Under the pieces are notes generated by a model. It was not told where the DNA came from and did not search any database. It saw nothing but the letters and a program-made list of their open reading frames with translations. DNA of 52,390 nucleotides, taken from contig JAHQWK010000007.1 of NCBI GenBank assembly GCA_029856145.1, forward strand, positions 1-52,390, written 5' to 3'. A program made the translations under genes and the position numbers. This DNA is from Promethearchaeia archaeon (GTDB lineage Archaea > Asgardarchaeota > Lokiarchaeia > Sigyniarchaeales > SOKP01). The number at the start of each line of letters is the position of its first letter. Within the stretch, counting starts at the first letter, position 1. Positions 48,434 through 52,390 of this stretch are shown here, one piece after another.

Positions 48434-49813
48434 TTAAATTCTTCTATCTAAGATTTGTTCTGCACATTCGAGAGCACTTTTGGCTGCCAGTTCTGTTCCA
48501 ATTCCCCAACCACCTGCATCTCCCCCGACTAGATATAATCCTTCTATTGGCAATTTTGGAGAGGGTCTATCATTACCAGTTTGATTCATCATTTGCGCAA
48601 GCCCTATAACTGAAGCTTCTTTTCCACCTAATTGATGTATATCTTTTGGTGTTGATACATCATACCACATTAGATTCTCAGGGAGATCTGGAAAAACATT
48701 TTGAAGACTTTCAAATGAATTCTTTATCCATTTCTCCTGATTTTTTTCAAAGCCCTCTTGTGTTACTGCTGTTCCGGCTATAATTAACTGCCTTCCTTTA
48801 GGTGCTAAAGTAGCATCAAAATTTGAAGGTACCGGAATAAAAAGAAATATTTCTTCAGGTACCTTACCTTTTATTAATGAATTGAAGCGCTCTTCAGGAT
48901 CATATGAAGAAAATGAGGTAACTAACTTAAAATTTGTAATTGGTTTTTTTAATGCAACTTTGAGTGTAAGAGCACTTATGGAATACTTGAGTTTATCAAT
49001 ATTTTCAATATAATTCCTTTGGAAAAATTTTCTCCCGATCATATTATTTACAGTTTCTCTTATTCCAGCATTGCTTATAACTAATTTTGATGATATAAAT
49101 TTACCATTATCGAGTTCAACTCCTTGAACCTTTTCATTTTCAACTATTATTTTTGAAACTGATTGGTTTGTTTGTATGGTTCCTCCGAATTTCTCGATTG
49201 CATTGGCATAGGCTTGAGGTATCGAAATACAACCTCCTTTTGGGTATCCAATACTAAAAGCTGCTGATAGTGAGGATAAGCATCTCACAAATTCACTGGC
49301 AGATATTTCATAATATGGGATAACAAAATAGAGTAATGAAATAATATCAATAAAGGAATGTACAAGATTATTGTTAGTATATTTAGAGAGTAATGATTTT
49401 GCACTCTTTCTTTCAAATTCTTCTAAATTTTTCATTTTCATTACATCTCTGAATAATTTCATAAGACTGGAAAAATCTGAGGCTGGAATAAATTCTTTGA
49501 GTTCTCTTGGAAAAGCCCAAAACTTGCCCTGATAAAACCATCTGGGTCCAGGCTTTCTACATATAACCCAATCTATAGCATCCTCCATTCCAATCATATT
49601 TAGAATTTCACCATGGGGACCTTTACTTGATCTTCCAAAAAGATGTACTCCTACATCAATTTTAAAGCCGTCTTTCTCATACGTACTACAACGTCCACCT
49701 ATAAATTTGTTTTTCTCAAGAAGTAAGGTCTTAAAGCCTTTAGATGCTAAAATTGCACCGATAGCTGTACCTCCAACCCCGCCCCCAATAATAACTATAT
49801 CATAATCAGACAT
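48434..49813 (-). CDS. Phytoene dehydrogenase-like FAD-dependent oxidoreductase
   Basis: GGGVGG, GGRCST, DVGVH, YPKGG, GLYLVG. Confidence 0.85.
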   Translation of the reverse strand: MSDYDIVIIGGGVGGTAIGAILASKGFKTLLLEKNKFIGGRCSTYEKDGFKIDVGVHLFGRSSKGPHGEILNMIGMEDAIDWVICRKPGPRWFYQGKFWAFPRELKEFIPASDFSSLMKLFRDVMKMKNLEEFERKSAKSLLSKYTNNNLVHSFIDIISLLYFVIPYYEISASEFVRCLSSLSAAFSIGYPKGGCISIPQAYANAIEKFGGTIQTNQSVSKIIVENEKVQGVELDNGKFISSKLVISNAGIRETVNNMIGRKFFQRNYIENIDKLKYSISALTLKVALKKPITNFKLVTSFSSYDPEERFNSLIKGKVPEEIFLFIPVPSNFDATLAPKGRQLIIAGTAVTQEGFEKNQEKWIKNSFESLQNVFPDLPENLMWYDVSTPKDIHQLGGKEASVIGLAQMMNQTGNDRPSPKLPIEGLYLVGGDAGGWGIGTELAAKSALECAEQILDRRI

Positions 49814-50032
49814 TGAATATCATTGTTTTAATTGGGGGTATATTATAAGAAGTTATTGAATTTTCATCTAAAAATCATTTATAAATTTTTAGAACTAAAT
49901 ATTTAAATTTAAAAAAATATTTTAAATAAGATATATTTCTCTTAAAAATTAGTAGTTCTACAAATAAAGGTATAAGAAAAGACTATTTTATGTGATGATC
50001 ACATAAAAATTCAAAAATACAACTAGGGATAT

Positions 50033-50596
50033 TTGAAGATGGTAGAGACTAAACAACAAAAATTAAATCTAACGTACAAGATTTGTGTATTCGGGGATAG
50101 CGGAGTTGGAAAAACCACATTTATAAATCGTTATCTCACAAATAAATTTTATGAAAATATTAAATCAACCTTAGGCGCAACTATCCATATTAAGTTATTA
50201 GATATAGAAAATGGAAAAGTCACACTTCAAGTATGGGATTTTGGAGGTGAAGAGAAGTTCAAATTCCTAATACCCTCATATGCTCAAGGATGTTCTGGAG
50301 GAATTTTCATATTTGACCTTACTAATTATGAAAGTTTAATTAATGTAATTAATTGGCTTCCAGAATTTCGAAAAGTATCGAAAAATTTTCCCATTTTAAT
50401 GGTTGGCAGTAAACTAGACCTTAAAGAAGAAAGAGTCTGTAATAAAGAAGAAGCATTAGATTTAATGGAATTACATAAACTACACAATTATCTCGAATGT
50501 TCATCAAAGACAGGAGATAATGTACAGACAATATTTAGTCTTTTATTAAAGGAAATCCTTAATCATAAAGGGTATAATAACTTCAAATTGAACTGA
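50033..50596 (+). CDS. Rab-like small GTPase
   Basis: GDSGVGKT, STLG, WDFGGEE, GSKLD, ECSSKTG; no C-terminal prenylation motif. Confidence 0.9.
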   Translation: MKMVETKQQKLNLTYKICVFGDSGVGKTTFINRYLTNKFYENIKSTLGATIHIKLLDIENGKVTLQVWDFGGEEKFKFLIPSYAQGCSGGIFIFDLTNYESLINVINWLPEFRKVSKNFPILMVGSKLDLKEERVCNKEEALDLMELHKLHNYLECSSKTGDNVQTIFSLLLKEILNHKGYNNFKLN

Positions 50597-50679
50597 ATAA
50601 AGTTTATTCCTCTATAGTTTTTAAAAAATCGAGTTATTTCATATTTAAAAAGAAATTGAATTCAAACTCACTCTTAAAA

Positions 50680-51030
50680 TTACTCATCAATAATTTGAAC
50701 ATTTTTTATGGGAACCCAACCACTTTTCCCAAGTTGATTTATAACCCAGAACCATTCAGCTTCTTCTTCTTTAATGATTAATTCTTCTCCAATATTAACA
50801 GAAAGTTCAGTTGCATTATAATTCTGTTTTGCCTTTCCTATTTTTCCTTTGATTTCAAGATAATTTTCAGGTACCCATCGACTATCTCCAAATTTATTAG
50901 TACACCAGATCCATCCAGACCATTCACTATCTTTTTTACCAATCATCAAAATCTCTCCTTCTTTTATTAAAAAAGGATCTGTGTAAGGTGATTTATAATC
51001 TTCAATAACTCGGCACTTTTTTCCTTTCAT
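50680..51030 (-). CDS. Tandem SH3-domain protein
   Basis: Two repeats: DY.....F.IKEGE...W.GWIWC......WVPENYL and NY...ELSVNIGE....EWFW.....GKSGWVP. Confidence 0.8.
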   Translation of the reverse strand: MKGKKCRVIEDYKSPYTDPFLIKEGEILMIGKKDSEWSGWIWCTNKFGDSRWVPENYLEIKGKIGKAKQNYNATELSVNIGEELIIKEEEAEWFWVINQLGKSGWVPIKNVQIIDE

Positions 51031-51050
51031 AATTTTCTCTATTATTAGAT

Positions 51051-51455
51051 CTATTTCCTAATTTTAAAAATTGAAAAAGTTCCATATGCCTTTGAAACTA
51101 GAGTTTCATCATTCATAATCTCTGATTCAAGAAAACCAAATGATTTGCCTCTATGAATTACCTTTGTATTACAAATAAGGGTTCCTTCTTTAACTGCTTT
51201 GAAATAGGTAATCTTAATTTCTACAGTTGCACATGATTCTTCTTTTTCTAATAAAGAATATATCGCTCCTCCCATACCTGTATCCGCCATTGAATACATC
51301 ACAGCCCCATGCACAATTTTATGGGGGTTAAAGTGATTCTTGTTAATTTGTAGAACACATTGGGAATATCCTTTTTTCAAATTAGTAAATTCAAACCCGA
51401 TTAAATCAGCATATGGGTGAAATCCTTTTGCCTTAAGAGGATTAGGTTCAGACAT
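51051..51455 (-). CDS. PaaI family thioesterase (hot-dog fold)
   Basis: NPHKIVHGA..SMAD, ATVEIKITY. Confidence 0.85.
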   Translation of the reverse strand: MSEPNPLKAKGFHPYADLIGFEFTNLKKGYSQCVLQINKNHFNPHKIVHGAVMYSMADTGMGGAIYSLLEKEESCATVEIKITYFKAVKEGTLICNTKVIHRGKSFGFLESEIMNDETLVSKAYGTFSIFKIRK

Positions 51456-51711
51456 GGTCTTTACATTAATCAATTCAATTTAATTTTTATTCAATTATTG
51501 AGTATGATACATTATTATTAGTTCTTTATTTTATTTTCTCTAACAAGGTCGGTGAAATTATAATAGGACAATTCAGTCGATTGGAGCTCTCATCCGTATA
51601 TTTTTAATCGTGCGCATACCGTACTGCGTCTGAAACAATTTGTTCATGAGTTATTTGCTAATAATTATTTGAAAAGATAAATAATATTTTAAAACCTATT
51701 TGAAATTATAA

Positions 51712-51999
51712 ATGGAAAGCATTTAAGAGGAAATTGAGAAGTTAAACGGAGCGGATGAAGAGACCCGTAAAAAAATAATCAGAGACATGCTTAAAATTAT
51801 CAAGGAAGCGTGGAATGAAGGCAATAGCTATGAAGATATTTCTCAAATGAAAGAATTGGCCGAAAGCGCGATTTGTAAATTGGGAAAATCCGCCTTCAAA
51901 CCATTATTATCATTAATGAAAGAAGATAAGCATTACGTGAAAGTTCATGCTGAGAAATTAATTAATAAAATCAAAACAAATTATGAGAACAAAAAATAA
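51712..51999 (+). pseudogene. HEAT-repeat-like small protein with a premature stop at codon 5
   Basis: ATG GAA AGC ATT TAA GAG GAA ATT... continues in frame into the ORF at 51787 (AICKLGKSAFKPLLSLM..ED..V...A). Confidence 0.5.
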
Positions 52000-52056
52000 G
52001 CAATAATTAGTTATATTTTAAGACTTATTTTTAAAATATGGAATCTTAAATTGATT

Positions 52057-52390
52057 ATGGGACTATTAACCGTGAAAAACATAATAAGTTTAGTTTCCAT
52101 GGGTCCGTCATTTTTACAGTCAATAATAAGAAAAGTTCCGTTATATGTGAATTATGATTTAACTTGGCAATGTAACTTAAAATGTAAGCATTGTTATTTT
52201 TTCTCATCAACAACGGAATTAAAAAATAAAAGAACGGAATTATCGGACGAAGAATGGATTAAGGTTTTTAAATACCATAGAAAATTAGGAACAAAAATAG
52301 CTGTTTTAACCGGTGGAGAACCTACTTTAAGAATGGATGTTATAAAAGAAGCGATTAAAATTTTTCCCTCAGTTCAGGTTGTATCAAATG
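52057..52390 (+). CDS. Radical SAM protein (5' part, runs off the window)
   Basis: DLTWQCNLKCKHCY (CxxxCxxC), LTGGEPTLR. Confidence 0.9.
   Translation, partial: MGLLTVKNIISLVSMGPSFLQSIIRKVPLYVNYDLTWQCNLKCKHCYFFSSTTELKNKRTELSDEEWIKVFKYHRKLGTKIAVLTGGEPTLRMDVIKEAIKIFPSVQVVSN

Overview
AT-rich, gene-dense window that looks like an Asgard archaeon, most likely Lokiarchaeia/Promethearchaeia. Evidence: Rab- and Arf-like small GTPases, the lokiarchaeal 'FWxHCSNxQAW' domain and a geranylgeranyl reductase. It holds about 50 mostly unlinked accessory genes (SAM methyltransferases, five ICMT/PEMT-family membrane proteins, SDRs, phytoene-dehydrogenase-like oxidoreductases, peptidases, GH3, an ABC exporter, ZupT). 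I saw no rRNA, tRNA, CRISPR array or intact transposase. The main observation is an otherwise intact cold-shock protein gene (11343-11648, minus strand) split by a 30-nt stop-containing hairpin insert. The insert folds with its flanks into a tRNA-intron-like bulge-helix-bulge, making it a candidate endonuclease-spliced mRNA intron. Also notable: an Arf GTPase fused to longin-like, PAS and GAF domains and a degenerate histidine kinase; three short same-orientation duplications of gene 3' parts placed downstream of intervening DNA; a dispersed ~54-bp intergenic repeat; and many small gene fragments in spacers. All protein family calls come from motif recognition by eye, not database searches.
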